A stretch of DNA of 64,000 nt from Gammaproteobacteria bacterium (lineage in GTDB: Bacteria > Pseudomonadota > Gammaproteobacteria > JACCYU01): the NCBI GenBank assembly GCA_050740315.1, contig JBOIDC010000006.1:2596-66595 (forward strand), in the 5' to 3' direction. Positions 18,335 through 27,745 of the stretch are shown piece after piece. The translations under genes and the position numbers were made by a program. The notes under the pieces were generated by a model. The model was not told the origin of the DNA. It worked only from the letters and a program-made list of their open reading frames with translations, and did not search any database. Position 1 is the first letter of the stretch, and every line of letters begins with the position of its first letter.

Positions 18335-21300
18335 CCCAGTGCCGGCGGCTGGCGCGCGGCGGCCGTATCGACCGCGGCCGACCCGTGACGTTCGCCGTCA
18401 ATGGCAGGCGCTACGAGGGCTATGCCGGGGACACGCTGGCCTCAGCGCTGCTGGCCAACGGCCAGATGCTGGTCGCTCGCAGCATCAAGTACCACCGTCC
18501 GCGCGGCATCGTCGCCGCGGGCGCCGAAGAGCCCAATGCCGTCCTGCAGGTGGACCAGGGGCCCGACACCCTGCCGGATCAGAAGGCCACTCAGGTCGAG
18601 CTCTACCAGGGGCTCACGGCGCGCAGCGTGAACGGCTGGCCGAGCGTCCGGTTCGATCTGCTCGCGCTCAATGACCGCGTCATTGGGGGCCTGCTGCCCG
18701 CCGGGTTCTACTACAAGACGTTTATGCAACCCGCCCGGCTGTGGCGGTTTTACGAACGCTTCATCCGCCGGGCGGCAGGGCTGGGCTACGCCCCCGAGGC
18801 ACCGGATCCGGACCGCTATGATCACATGAACGCTCACTGTGACGTGCTGGTGGTCGGCGGTGGGCCGGCCGGTTTGGCAGCAGCGCTGGCCGCTGGCCGC
18901 ACCGGCGCCCGCGTCCTATTGGCGGACGAGCAGAGCGAACCGGGCGGCGGCCTGCTTGCCAGCCGCGCGGCGATCGACGGCCGCCCGGCCATGGAGTGGG
19001 TGGCGGCCACCGTGGCCGAGCTGCGGTCGATGGCGGAGATGAGGCTTCTGACGCGGGCAACCGTGTGCGGCTACTACGACCACAACTTCCTCACGATACT
19101 GGAGCGCCGCACGGATCATCTTCCACCCGCCGAGCGGCGGCAGCGGGGCGCGCGGCAGCGCCTGTGGCGGGTGCGCGCCCGACAGGTCGTGCTCGCGTCG
19201 GGTGCCATCGAGCAGCCCCTGGTGTTCGGCAACAACGACCGCCCGGGGATCATGCTTGCTTCGGCCGTCTCCACCTACCTGATTCGCTACGCTGTGGCGC
19301 CTGGGGCGCGCGCCATGGTCTTCACCAACAACAACAGCGCCTATCGCACCGCTCTGGACCTGGTCGATGTCGGTGTGTCGGTGGCCGCGTTGGTGGATGC
19401 ACGTGCCGGTTCTCAGGGAGCCCTGGCCGCTCAGGCGCGCCGGCACGGCATACGTATCCTGACCGGCGCGGTCGTCGTCGAGGCGCTGGGCGCCGGACGG
19501 TTGTCCGGCGTCCGGGTCCGGGCGCTCGAGGACGGCACGCCTTCGGGCCGTGCCGAGCGTATCGATGCCGACCTGCTCGCAGTCTCCGGCGGCTGGGCAC
19601 CAGCCATCCACCTCCTCGCGCAGTCCGGCGGCGGCCTGCAATGGGATCCGGAGCGCGCGTGCTTCGTGCCGCGCACCGCGGCCCAGCCCTGCCGCTGGGC
19701 CGGCGCCGCGGGCGGGAGCTTCCAGCTGGGTGCCGCACTGGCCGAGGGACTGGCAGCCGGGGCGGCAGCGGCCCGCGACGCCGGCTTCGGCGACGGCCGA
19801 ATGTCCGCGACACCGCATGCCGAAGACGCCGGTAGCGGGGCTCTGCAACCCCTGTGGCCCGTCCCGATGTCCGGACCACCGGAGCGCGGGCCCAGGCAGT
19901 TCGTGGATCTGCAGAACGACACCACCGCAGCCGACATCCTGCTCGCCGCCCGAGAAGGCTACACGGGCATCGAGCACACCAAGCGCTATACCCTCCTCGG
20001 CTACGGGACCGACCAAGGTAAGCTCGGCAACATCGGCGGCATGGCCATCCTGGCGAACACGTTGCGCCAGGACATGTCGACCACTGGGACCACCACTTTC
20101 CGCCCGCCGTACACTCCCATGACCTTCGGTGCGGTCGCAGGCTCCAGGGCAGGGCCCTTCTTCGATCCCCTGCGCAAGACCGCGCTGCACGGGTGGCACC
20201 AGGCCCGGGGCGCGCGCTTCGAGGTCGTGGGCCAGTGGCACCGTCCCTGGTATTACCCGCAGCCGGGCGAGCCCATGGAACATGCGGTGCGGCGCGAGTG
20301 CCGGGCCGTGCGCGGCGGGGTCGGCATCCTGGATGCCTCGACCCTCGGCAAGATCGACCTTCAGGGCCGCGACACAGTGACGCTGCTGAACCGCGTCTAC
20401 ATCAACGAATGGCGTAATCTCCAGGTCGGAGGCTGCCGCTACGGCGTGATGCTGAACGAGAACGGCATGGTCATGGACGACGGCGTGACAGCCCGCCTCG
20501 CCGAGCATCACTACCTGATGAGCACCACCAGCGCGGGCGCGGCGCGGGTGCTCGCCTGGCTGGAGTTCTGGCTGCAGCGCGAATGGTCGGACTTAGAAGT
20601 CTATCTCACCTCAGTCAGCGAGCACTGGGCGACCCTGTCGCTGGCCGGGCCGGAGAGCCGCCGCGTCCTGGCCGAGGTTTGCCGCGACTGCGACCTCTCG
20701 AGCGAGGCATTCCCCCACATGGCGTGGCGAGAGGGCATCGTGGCGGGTGTTACCGCACGCATCTTTCGCGTGAGCTTCAGTGGCGAGCTCAGCTTCGAGG
20801 TCAATGTGCAGGCCAACGAGGCGCGCCACGTCTGGGACGCGCTGATCGCGGCCGGGGAGTCCCGCGCCATCACCGCATATGGGACCCAGGCAATGGAGAT
20901 CCTGCGAACCGAGAAGGGCTACATCATCGTCGGCCAGGACACCGACGGCGCGGTCACACCCCTGGATCTCGGCATGGGGAGGCTGATCAAGCGCGACGGC
21001 GACTTCCTCGGACGCCGCTCCCTGGCACGACCCGAGTGTACCCGTGCCGACAGGCGCCAGCTCGTGGGGCTAGTGAGCCAGGGCCCGCGCACGGTGCTCC
21101 CCGAGGGCGCGCAGCTCGTGGAAAAGCCCTCGGTCCACACTCCCATACCCATGGTTGGGCATGTGACCTCGAGCTGTTTCAGCCCGGCCCTGGGGCGGGG
21201 TATAGCGCTGGCTCTGGTGAAGGGCGGGCGCCAGCGCAGCGGGCAGACCTTGCATGCCCCGCTGGCCGATGGTCGGGTGCTGGCCGCCACCGTCACGGAC

Positions 21301-21342
21301 CCGGTGTTCTACGACCGGGAGGGGGCGCGCCAGCGTGGCTGA
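18331..21342 (+). CDS. soxA: sarcosine oxidase alpha subunit
   Basis: 1003 aa. N-terminal VTFAVNGRRYEGYAGDTLASALLANG. NAD/FAD folds VLVVGGGPAGLAAAL. C-terminal GcvT-like folate-binding domain. Confidence 0.8.
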   Translation: MTQCRRLARGGRIDRGRPVTFAVNGRRYEGYAGDTLASALLANGQMLVARSIKYHRPRGIVAAGAEEPNAVLQVDQGPDTLPDQKATQVELYQGLTARSVNGWPSVRFDLLALNDRVIGGLLPAGFYYKTFMQPARLWRFYERFIRRAAGLGYAPEAPDPDRYDHMNAHCDVLVVGGGPAGLAAALAAGRTGARVLLADEQSEPGGGLLASRAAIDGRPAMEWVAATVAELRSMAEMRLLTRATVCGYYDHNFLTILERRTDHLPPAERRQRGARQRLWRVRARQVVLASGAIEQPLVFGNNDRPGIMLASAVSTYLIRYAVAPGARAMVFTNNNSAYRTALDLVDVGVSVAALVDARAGSQGALAAQARRHGIRILTGAVVVEALGAGRLSGVRVRALEDGTPSGRAERIDADLLAVSGGWAPAIHLLAQSGGGLQWDPERACFVPRTAAQPCRWAGAAGGSFQLGAALAEGLAAGAAAARDAGFGDGRMSATPHAEDAGSGALQPLWPVPMSGPPERGPRQFVDLQNDTTAADILLAAREGYTGIEHTKRYTLLGYGTDQGKLGNIGGMAILANTLRQDMSTTGTTTFRPPYTPMTFGAVAGSRAGPFFDPLRKTALHGWHQARGARFEVVGQWHRPWYYPQPGEPMEHAVRRECRAVRGGVGILDASTLGKIDLQGRDTVTLLNRVYINEWRNLQVGGCRYGVMLNENGMVMDDGVTARLAEHHYLMSTTSAGAARVLAWLEFWLQREWSDLEVYLTSVSEHWATLSLAGPESRRVLAEVCRDCDLSSEAFPHMAWREGIVAGVTARIFRVSFSGELSFEVNVQANEARHVWDALIAAGESRAITAYGTQAMEILRTEKGYIIVGQDTDGAVTPLDLGMGRLIKRDGDFLGRRSLARPECTRADRRQLVGLVSQGPRTVLPEGAQLVEKPSVHTPIPMVGHVTSSCFSPALGRGIALALVKGGRQRSGQTLHAPLADGRVLAATVTDPVFYDREGARQRG

Positions 21343-21967
21343 GGCCGTAGGTCTGGAGAGCCCGCTCGCGGAGCTGCCCGCCGCCCGCGAGGGCATGGGC
21401 ACACCGGACCAGGCCGGGTTGCTGCTCATGGAGCGCCCATTCCTGGGCTACGTGAATCTGCGCGGCGCAATGCACTCTGCAGGCTTGCGCGACAAGGTCG
21501 AAAGTGTCCTGGCGCTGTCCCTGCCGCTCCGGCCGAACACCGTGACGCTGGAGAGTCAGCGGTTGGCTTGCTGGCTCGGTCCGGACGAATGGCTGGTGAT
21601 CACCGCGCCCGGCGAGCAAGGTCGCGTGCTCGAAGCGCTCCGCGCCGCCCTCACCGGCCAGCATGCCGCGGTCAGCGATGTCAGCGGCGGTCAGACGCTG
21701 ATCGAGAGCGCCGGCCGCCATGCGCGGGACGTGCTCGCCAAAGGCTGTACCCTCGACCTGCGCCCGCGGGCATTCCCGCCGGGCCGATGTGCGCAGACCC
21801 TGGTCGCTCAGTGCCCGGTGTTGATCCTGCGTGCCGGTAGCCGTGACGCCTTCGGTGTGGTGGTACGACGGAGCTTTGCGGACTACCTGTGGCGATGGCT
21901 CGTGGACGCGGCGCAGGAGTACGGTCTGGCGGTGTTGCCACCGCAGAGCCAGCCCGGCTCGGACTAG
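21335..21967 (+). CDS. soxG: sarcosine oxidase gamma subunit
   Basis: About 210-aa ORF overlapping the soxA stop. Position and size fit SoxG. Start (GTG 21335 vs ATG 21398) uncertain. Confidence 0.6.
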   Translation: MAEAVGLESPLAELPAAREGMGTPDQAGLLLMERPFLGYVNLRGAMHSAGLRDKVESVLALSLPLRPNTVTLESQRLACWLGPDEWLVITAPGEQGRVLEALRAALTGQHAAVSDVSGGQTLIESAGRHARDVLAKGCTLDLRPRAFPPGRCAQTLVAQCPVLILRAGSRDAFGVVVRRSFADYLWRWLVDAAQEYGLAVLPPQSQPGSD

Positions 21968-21987
21968 AACCGTTTCGAAATGCAGAG

Positions 21988-22014
21988 TCCCCTTTCCCAG
22001 AAGGGGATCTTTGC
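21988..22014 (+). terminator. hairpin tcccctt-tcccag-aagggga followed by tcttt, downstream of soxG
   Basis: 7-bp perfect stem, 6-nt loop, U-rich tail; read directly. Confidence 0.4.
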
Positions 22015-22036
22015 ATAAATAGTTGCTTATGATTTG

Positions 22037-22079
22037 ATTGGTTTGATACGAGTGGACAACAAACTGGATCAAACCCAAT
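22037..22079. repeat. imperfect inverted repeat attggtttgat ... atcaaacccaat upstream of the recombinase remnant
   Basis: 11/12 complementary arms separated by 20 bp. Confidence 0.3.
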
Positions 22080-22239
22080 TCGGCGGCTTTGAGGCCGCAA
22101 GCGGCCGGGCAAGGCAACTGGCGTCAAGCCCACGGAGTAGTCTGGCGGATTTAATGGTAGCCTGACTATAAGTCGCCATCTTTCGTTCTGCGTGTCTCTG
22201 AAGCCGTTGCCTTATGCTAGCAAGCAGTCGATTTTGAAC

Positions 22240-22575
22240 GAGGGCTGCTGCACGTGAGCCGCCTCAAGAACGGCATGGCTTCTACGCGCGCCCGTTGAGG
22301 GATCCGGAGATGCGCGCCTTGCGCCGCAAGCGCGAGTACCCCGAGGAGGAACTATCTCTTCGTCACTGAGCGCAAGCGGCCGCTCACCCTTTCAACAGTC
22401 CGCAAATTCATCGCCCGCTCTGGGAGAGCGGGCGGGCCTTGGTTTTCCCAGTGCATCCGCACGGGCTGCGACATAGCACGGGATACAAGCTCGCCAATGA
22501 TCGCTAGGACACCTGGGCCATTCAGCACTACTTGGGACACAGAAACATCCGGCACACCACGCGCTAGACGAGTGC
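22240..22575 (+). pseudogene. degraded small tyrosine recombinase (FimB/FimE-like) remnant
   Basis: Pieces in three frames: LHVSRLKNGMAST..., FVTERKRPLTLSTVRKFIARSGRAGG, VHPHGLRHSTGYKLANDR*DTWAIQHYLGHRNIRHTTR. The HxLRH/LGH..I..T catalytic region is present but with an in-frame stop and frameshifts. Confidence 0.65.
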
Positions 22576-22606
22576 AAGACCGCTCAGGCCGGCACGCCTG
22601 CAGAAG

Positions 22607-22849
22607 TCACTGCGGGTGTTGCTCTAGCCTCTCGCGTGCGAGCGCGGCCTCTGGGTCGTGGGGGTGTCTAACGAGCCATTCCTCGAGGTCGCGCCGAGCG
22701 CGGGGCCCGTAGAGGTCAAAGCGCGCCGCCCCGCGCCTTAATGGCAGCTTGCGGCGCTGACGGGCGAGCGTCCTCACCAGACTCCAGATGGCTACACCCC
22801 AAAAAAGGATCAGCGTCGCGGCGAAGATCATCCACGATACGGTGGTCAT
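22607..22849 (-). CDS. small single-TM protein, putative NSS-transporter small subunit (MetS-like)
   Basis: MTTVSWMIFAATLILFWGVAIWSLVRTLARQRRK..., 80 aa, ATGA-coupled immediately downstream of the NSS gene. Confidence 0.5.
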   Translation of the reverse strand: MTTVSWMIFAATLILFWGVAIWSLVRTLARQRRKLPLRRGAARFDLYGPRARRDLEEWLVRHPHDPEAALARERLEQHPQ

Positions 22850-24273
22850 GTGCCTTTCCTTCTGGAATCCATGGCGCGGCCGAGAAACCAGGCAACGAGG
22901 AGCAGAGCGCACACGAACGCAAGCCCGCCTACCACCCGTGGGGCCGTCTCGCCTCGCAGCGCATCGAGCGTAAACCAGGCGAGCAACAAGGCGATCACCA
23001 CCGGAATCAGGTAGCGTATAAACAGATCCCACCAGCGGCCGATGTAGATGTCGGCGCCGTAGTTGACTTCGAGCACACGCGCCTTAGTCGCTCCGAAGCG
23101 CCATCCAAGCACGAGCACGGTCAGAAGCGTCGCAAGTGGCAACACCCAGCTGCCGAAGATGAAATCCATCAACGCATTGAACGAGAGATCCAGCGCGCTC
23201 GGTAGTCCTAGCAACCATATTGCACCCATCACCCACACCACGGCCCGCCGCCGTGAGATCCCGGTCTCCTCCTTGAGGGCTGCGACCGGCACCTCGGTGA
23301 TGGCGAAACCTGAGGTGAGGGCAGCGAATAGAAAACCGATGAAGAATAGCAGGCACCAGAAATAGCCGCCGGCCATCTCGGGAAAGATCTTGGGTAGCGC
23401 GAGAAACACCAGCTCCGGCCCGGCCGCCGGATCTGCGCCGAAGGCGAACACCGTCGGCAACACCATCAATGCGGCCAGGAGCGACATGCTGGAATCGCCG
23501 ACGGCGGTGAAGATGCCCGCGCCGAGCGGAATGTCCTCATCTGCCCGGAGGTAGCTGCCAAGGGTGAGCGCAATGCCCCAGCCGAGACCCGTGGAGAACA
23601 GCGCCTGGCCCAGTGCTGCAACCCAGAGCCCCGGCTTAAGCAACTGCACCCAATCGGGAGTGAACAGAAACGCCAGCCCCGCCTCACCGCCCGGCAGGGT
23701 CAACCCGCGCGCGGCCGCGATGGTCAGCGCCAGTATGAAACCAGGCACCATCAGCAGTGCAGCGCGCTCTATCCCCCTGACGATGCCGAAGTAAAGCGGC
23801 ACAGCGCAAACGAGCACCGCGAGCGCATGGCTGCCCACCTTAAGCCAAGCGCTCACCCTGAAGCCCTGCCACGCCGACTCGGGATCGAAGCCGGCGTCGA
23901 AAAAGGTACCCGCCACGGCATGGGCGAAGTAATAAATGACCCAGCCGATGATCGGGAAGTAGTAGGTCATGAGTCCGAAGGTGCCGAGTGCCACGAGCAC
24001 ACCGGGCGCGGACCGACCACCCATGCGCCGAAACGCCCCCACCGTCGCGGAGCGGCTGAAGCGGCCCATCGCAGTCTCCCCCATTAGCCCGGGCACCGCG
24101 ATCAGATACACCATGATGATGTAGGCGAACAGGAATGCGCCGCCACCGTTGCTGCCCGCGAGATACGGAAAGCGCCAGATATTGCCGAGCCCCACCATGG
24201 CGCCGAGCATGGCGAACAGAAAGCCCACTCGCGAGACCCACACCTCACGCGGCGGCTGTGTGTGCCTTGTCAT
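22846..24273 (-). CDS. neurotransmitter:sodium symporter (NSS/SNF) family transporter
   Basis: GNIWRFPYLAGSNGGGAFLFAYII is the NSS signature. 475 aa, about 11-12 TM segments. Confidence 0.8.
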   Translation of the reverse strand: MTRHTQPPREVWVSRVGFLFAMLGAMVGLGNIWRFPYLAGSNGGGAFLFAYIIMVYLIAVPGLMGETAMGRFSRSATVGAFRRMGGRSAPGVLVALGTFGLMTYYFPIIGWVIYYFAHAVAGTFFDAGFDPESAWQGFRVSAWLKVGSHALAVLVCAVPLYFGIVRGIERAALLMVPGFILALTIAAARGLTLPGGEAGLAFLFTPDWVQLLKPGLWVAALGQALFSTGLGWGIALTLGSYLRADEDIPLGAGIFTAVGDSSMSLLAALMVLPTVFAFGADPAAGPELVFLALPKIFPEMAGGYFWCLLFFIGFLFAALTSGFAITEVPVAALKEETGISRRRAVVWVMGAIWLLGLPSALDLSFNALMDFIFGSWVLPLATLLTVLVLGWRFGATKARVLEVNYGADIYIGRWWDLFIRYLIPVVIALLLAWFTLDALRGETAPRVVGGLAFVCALLLVAWFLGRAMDSRRKGT

Positions 24274-24431
24274 GACATCCTATTAGCGCCCCCACACGCT
24301 TTGGATGCAAGCGACCCATTACCGCTCGCGCGGCGTCGGCGCGACGCGCGGGATTCGGCTTTAGCTTTACACATGCCAAAAGATCGGGACAATGACGATC
24401 GAACCGATACTTCGACCCTAGATATCTGCGG

Positions 24432-25217
24432 ATGTCCGCGCGGGCTTCGGCCACGGGTGTCGTAGGTCCTGAGAAAGATTTCCTCGTATTTGATCGTTCG
24501 CACAGCCGGCCCGACGAATACGTTGTCCATCCAACGCCCCCGGCTGCCCGCAACCGGAGCAACGAGCGGCTTGCTATTAGCCGCGCCTATGGCGCCGAGG
24601 TGCTCCAGGTCGGCCACTTCCACGTGGATGCCGCCCTAGAGAAGGCCAGAGAGTTCGGCCGGAGGCCGGGCTACTTCTGCCCTTCGCAGTTCGAGTCGGA
24701 GTGGAACGTCGAGGAGAACCGCGAGGTCCTGGGCCCCGAGATCCTGGCCCAGCTCCCAGGGGTTCCGGACGCTCTGGTGATGGGCGTTGGCACGGGCGGC
24801 ACCCTCGTAGGTGTCGGGCAGGCCTTCCGCGAAGTCAATCCTGAAGTAAAGCTCTTCGCCATAGAGCCTTCTGAGTCATCGACCATCTTATGCGGGGAGG
24901 TGGCCGAGCACCTCATCGAGGGCATCGCGGACGGCTTTGTGCCCGGCATCTTCGAGCGCCACCGCCAGCTAGTTGACATGACGCTCGCGGTTCGTTCGGA
25001 GGAGGCCGTGGAGAGCATGCGCCGCCTGGCCAAGCAGTACGGGCTCTTCGTCGGGCCGAGCAGCGGTGCGAACCTGATCGTCGCCAAAAAGATCATGGTG
25101 GCCTACCCCGAGCTGAAAACGATAGTCACCCTCTTCTGCGACGAAGGCGAGAAATACATCCAGGAGCACTTCGCAAAGACTGATGAAGTGCGGTTGAACG
25201 CCGAGAAGTTCGCCTGA
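24432..25217 (+). pseudogene. 5'-truncated cysteine synthase/CysK-like PLP enzyme
   Basis: Matches the CysK middle and C-terminal regions (GTGGTLVGVGQ glycine loop, ...GPSSGANLIVA). Lacks about 90 N-terminal residues including the PLP-lysine region. In-frame stop at 24393. Confidence 0.55.
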
Positions 25218-25506
25218 TTTTCTAATCTCCGGAACACACGTCCCCGTGACATCCAAGTAGCGATTGGCGACATTTTGTTTTCAGGCGCATCGCCGACGAA
25301 AGGCGAACTAGAAAAAGCCGCGTAAGTTTACGCGCTGCTGTGGTTATGACTCGAGCCGCACAACGGCGTCCTGTTCCATGGAAACTCGACTAGGCCTGTG
25401 TTAGCTCATGAAGATGAGCTTACCCGTGATTACAGTGGATAATCGGTGGCAAGCTCGCGGACCGATGCATACGCTGGCCGGGCCGGTGGAACCCGGCGCC
25501 CTTTTC

Positions 25507-26289
25507 TCAGAATGTACGAGATAGCGTGAAGACAGCCCCTGGAGTGCAGACACTGGTGGTTCCATAGTACGGCGCACCGTACTCGTCCTCACAATCGCTG
25601 CTGGTGTCGTGGTAGGTCAGATCGAAGGTGAAGCTTTGAATGACCTTTGAGACACCTACTTGATAGTGCGTATAAGAAAACCCGTTTGGCCTACCAACAA
25701 GCGCACCAAGCGCGCCGCCCGACACGTCCAAACGCCCAAACCCGAAGCTCAGTCCGATCTCCGCCGGCAGCACCAAATCCAGTGTTCCAAGGACGTAGTT
25801 GCTATCGCCGTCTTGCCCGTTTGTAGTCGGGCGAGTAGTTATAACCCACGCCAACCGTGGGCGTTAGTGGGATGGCTTCGACGGTGTGACTCAACCCCAC
25901 GTGCGCTTCGAAATAGTCTAGTTCGAACCCCGGATCCTGGGCCCCAGGAAAGGTGTAATAGAGCGCTAATCGATAGGGCCTAAGGCGTTTGCGTAACCGC
26001 CGTAGTAATCGATTTCGAACTCGCTTTCGGTGCCGAAGCCATCCCAGTTCGACGCCCAGGCGCCGACATAGGCGCCGCTCGGATGCGCGTAGTCGAAGCT
26101 GCCCTGAACGGCGGGATCCTCGTCCGTGAATGAGACGCCCCGAAAGACATAATCGGTCGTGAAGTAAAGGGTGCTGCTGAAGTTCTCGGCCGCGAAAAAA
26201 CCGCCGTCCTCCTGTGCAAGTGCGAAACCATTTGCTGTAAGCCCGGAAAGCCCAAGGGCAGCTGCAGCTACTCTTCGTGTGATGCTCAT
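25507..26289 (-). pseudogene. frameshifted paralog of the TIGR02001-like OMP gene
   Basis: N-terminal (26289-25966) and C-terminal (25854-25507) pieces align to the 10617-11414 protein. An extra A in gactacAAAcgggcaagac gives DYKRARRR* instead of DYNGQDGDS. A second shift lies near 25960-25985. Confidence 0.7.
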
Positions 26290-26627
26290 GATCCTTTTAC
26301 TCCTCGGGTTTTGATGTCGTTTTCGAGTAGGGAAGACTTACGCACAATCCCCTTAAGACGGCGCACGCCGCCACCGGCGACAGCGATGATGATTCGATAA
26401 CGGAATGGGTCGCCAGCCGAAGACGCACCAACGCACGCTCATAAGTGTCCCGTTCAGGCCTAATCCTCCGTGGCCTTGAAGCGCGTAATCAATTCCTCAA
26501 GCGGATTAATACATTATAGTGCAATCTGCCGCACACAGTAGTCTGATCTGGATCCATTCTCGTAGGCGAGGTTTAGCAGCGGTTCGTTAAATACCGATTT
26601 CCATTCCGTTAGGTCCATCTGAAAGGG

Positions 26628-27581
26628 TCACCCTCTCTTTCGCCATATCCCCGGCGACATCGCAAACTCCCGCTTGAACGCCCGCGCGAACGCGGCCTCC
26701 GATTCGTAACCCACATCCGCTGCGGTCTGCGCGACCGACCGATGAGCCTCGCGCAGGCGTTGTGCGGCCACCTGCATGCGCCAGGTCGTCAGGTATTTCA
26801 TTGGCGGTACGCCGATCAGCGCGGTAAAGCGCTCTGCGAAGGCCGAGCGTGACAGAAAGACCTCACGCGCGAGGGTCTCTGTGGTCCACGCACGCGCGAG
26901 CTCGGCGTGCAGCAAGGCCAAGGCCCGCCCGACCACTGGGTCGCGCAAGCCGGCGAGCCAGCCTGTACGGTCTGCGGGCAGCGTCTCGACGTAGTGTCGC
27001 ACGGCTTCGACGAACAACAGTTCCGAGAGCTTGGCCAGCGCGATGGCGGAGCCAGCGCGCGTGGCGGCGAGTTCCTCCGCGGCGTAACGGAACGAGCTGG
27101 CAACCCACTCGCATGCGGGCTTGCCATTTAGATCAAGGGTCAGCATTGGCGGCAGCGCATCGATCAGCGGATGCTGCCGCGCGTCAGTGCCGACAAAGCC
27201 GCAGACGATGTGAGTCGTTTCTCCACCACCACCATACCGAATGCGCGCCAGACCGCCATCGGGATCAGCCTGTATCAGATGGTCGCCGCTGACAGCCGGC
27301 AGCCCAGTTTCGCTCGCGAGTGTGTGCTCGTCGTTGCGCGGCAGCAGGACGACTGCGCCGCTCTTGAGTTCGATCGGCGGCTCGCCGGCGACTTGCAGGA
27401 GCAGCAGCCGGCCGGCGACAACGTAGTGAAACGCAATCACGCGCGCAGGCTCGGCCATGACCATGCGGCAATCCTCGGGCCCGACTTTGGCGGTAATGCA
27501 CCAAGGCGCAGAAAACTCCGCGTGGAGAAACACGCCGCCGGAGAGTCTGACGACGCGCAAGAGATCAGACAGGGCATCCAT
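26628..27581 (-). CDS. AraC-family transcriptional regulator with N-terminal cupin domain
   Basis: C-terminal AraC HTH (SVAQTAADVGYESEAAFARAFKREFAMSP). N-terminal cupin-like ligand domain. Its 3' half is duplicated at 11545-12073. Confidence 0.75.
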   Translation of the reverse strand: MDALSDLLRVVRLSGGVFLHAEFSAPWCITAKVGPEDCRMVMAEPARVIAFHYVVAGRLLLLQVAGEPPIELKSGAVVLLPRNDEHTLASETGLPAVSGDHLIQADPDGGLARIRYGGGGETTHIVCGFVGTDARQHPLIDALPPMLTLDLNGKPACEWVASSFRYAAEELAATRAGSAIALAKLSELLFVEAVRHYVETLPADRTGWLAGLRDPVVGRALALLHAELARAWTTETLAREVFLSRSAFAERFTALIGVPPMKYLTTWRMQVAAQRLREAHRSVAQTAADVGYESEAAFARAFKREFAMSPGIWRKRG

Positions 27582-27745
27582 GATTTTTGAATCCAAGCTC
27601 CGGCGGATCGAGCAAGTCTTTCGGCGCAATGGTCATTCGCACAATACCTTGAGCGCGCTACAGTCGCACCCAGGTTTGCGGTGCCGATGCCGGCCTAGGC
27701 CACGGTGCTTCGCCTTCATTATCAATCTGCCACCGGAGAAAAGCG

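Noticed and set aside
18916-20511. 531-aa minus-strand ORF and several Arg/Pro-rich plus-strand ORFs inside soxA
   Set aside because: Alternative frames of soxA; low-complexity R/P/G composition characteristic of GC-rich off-frames.
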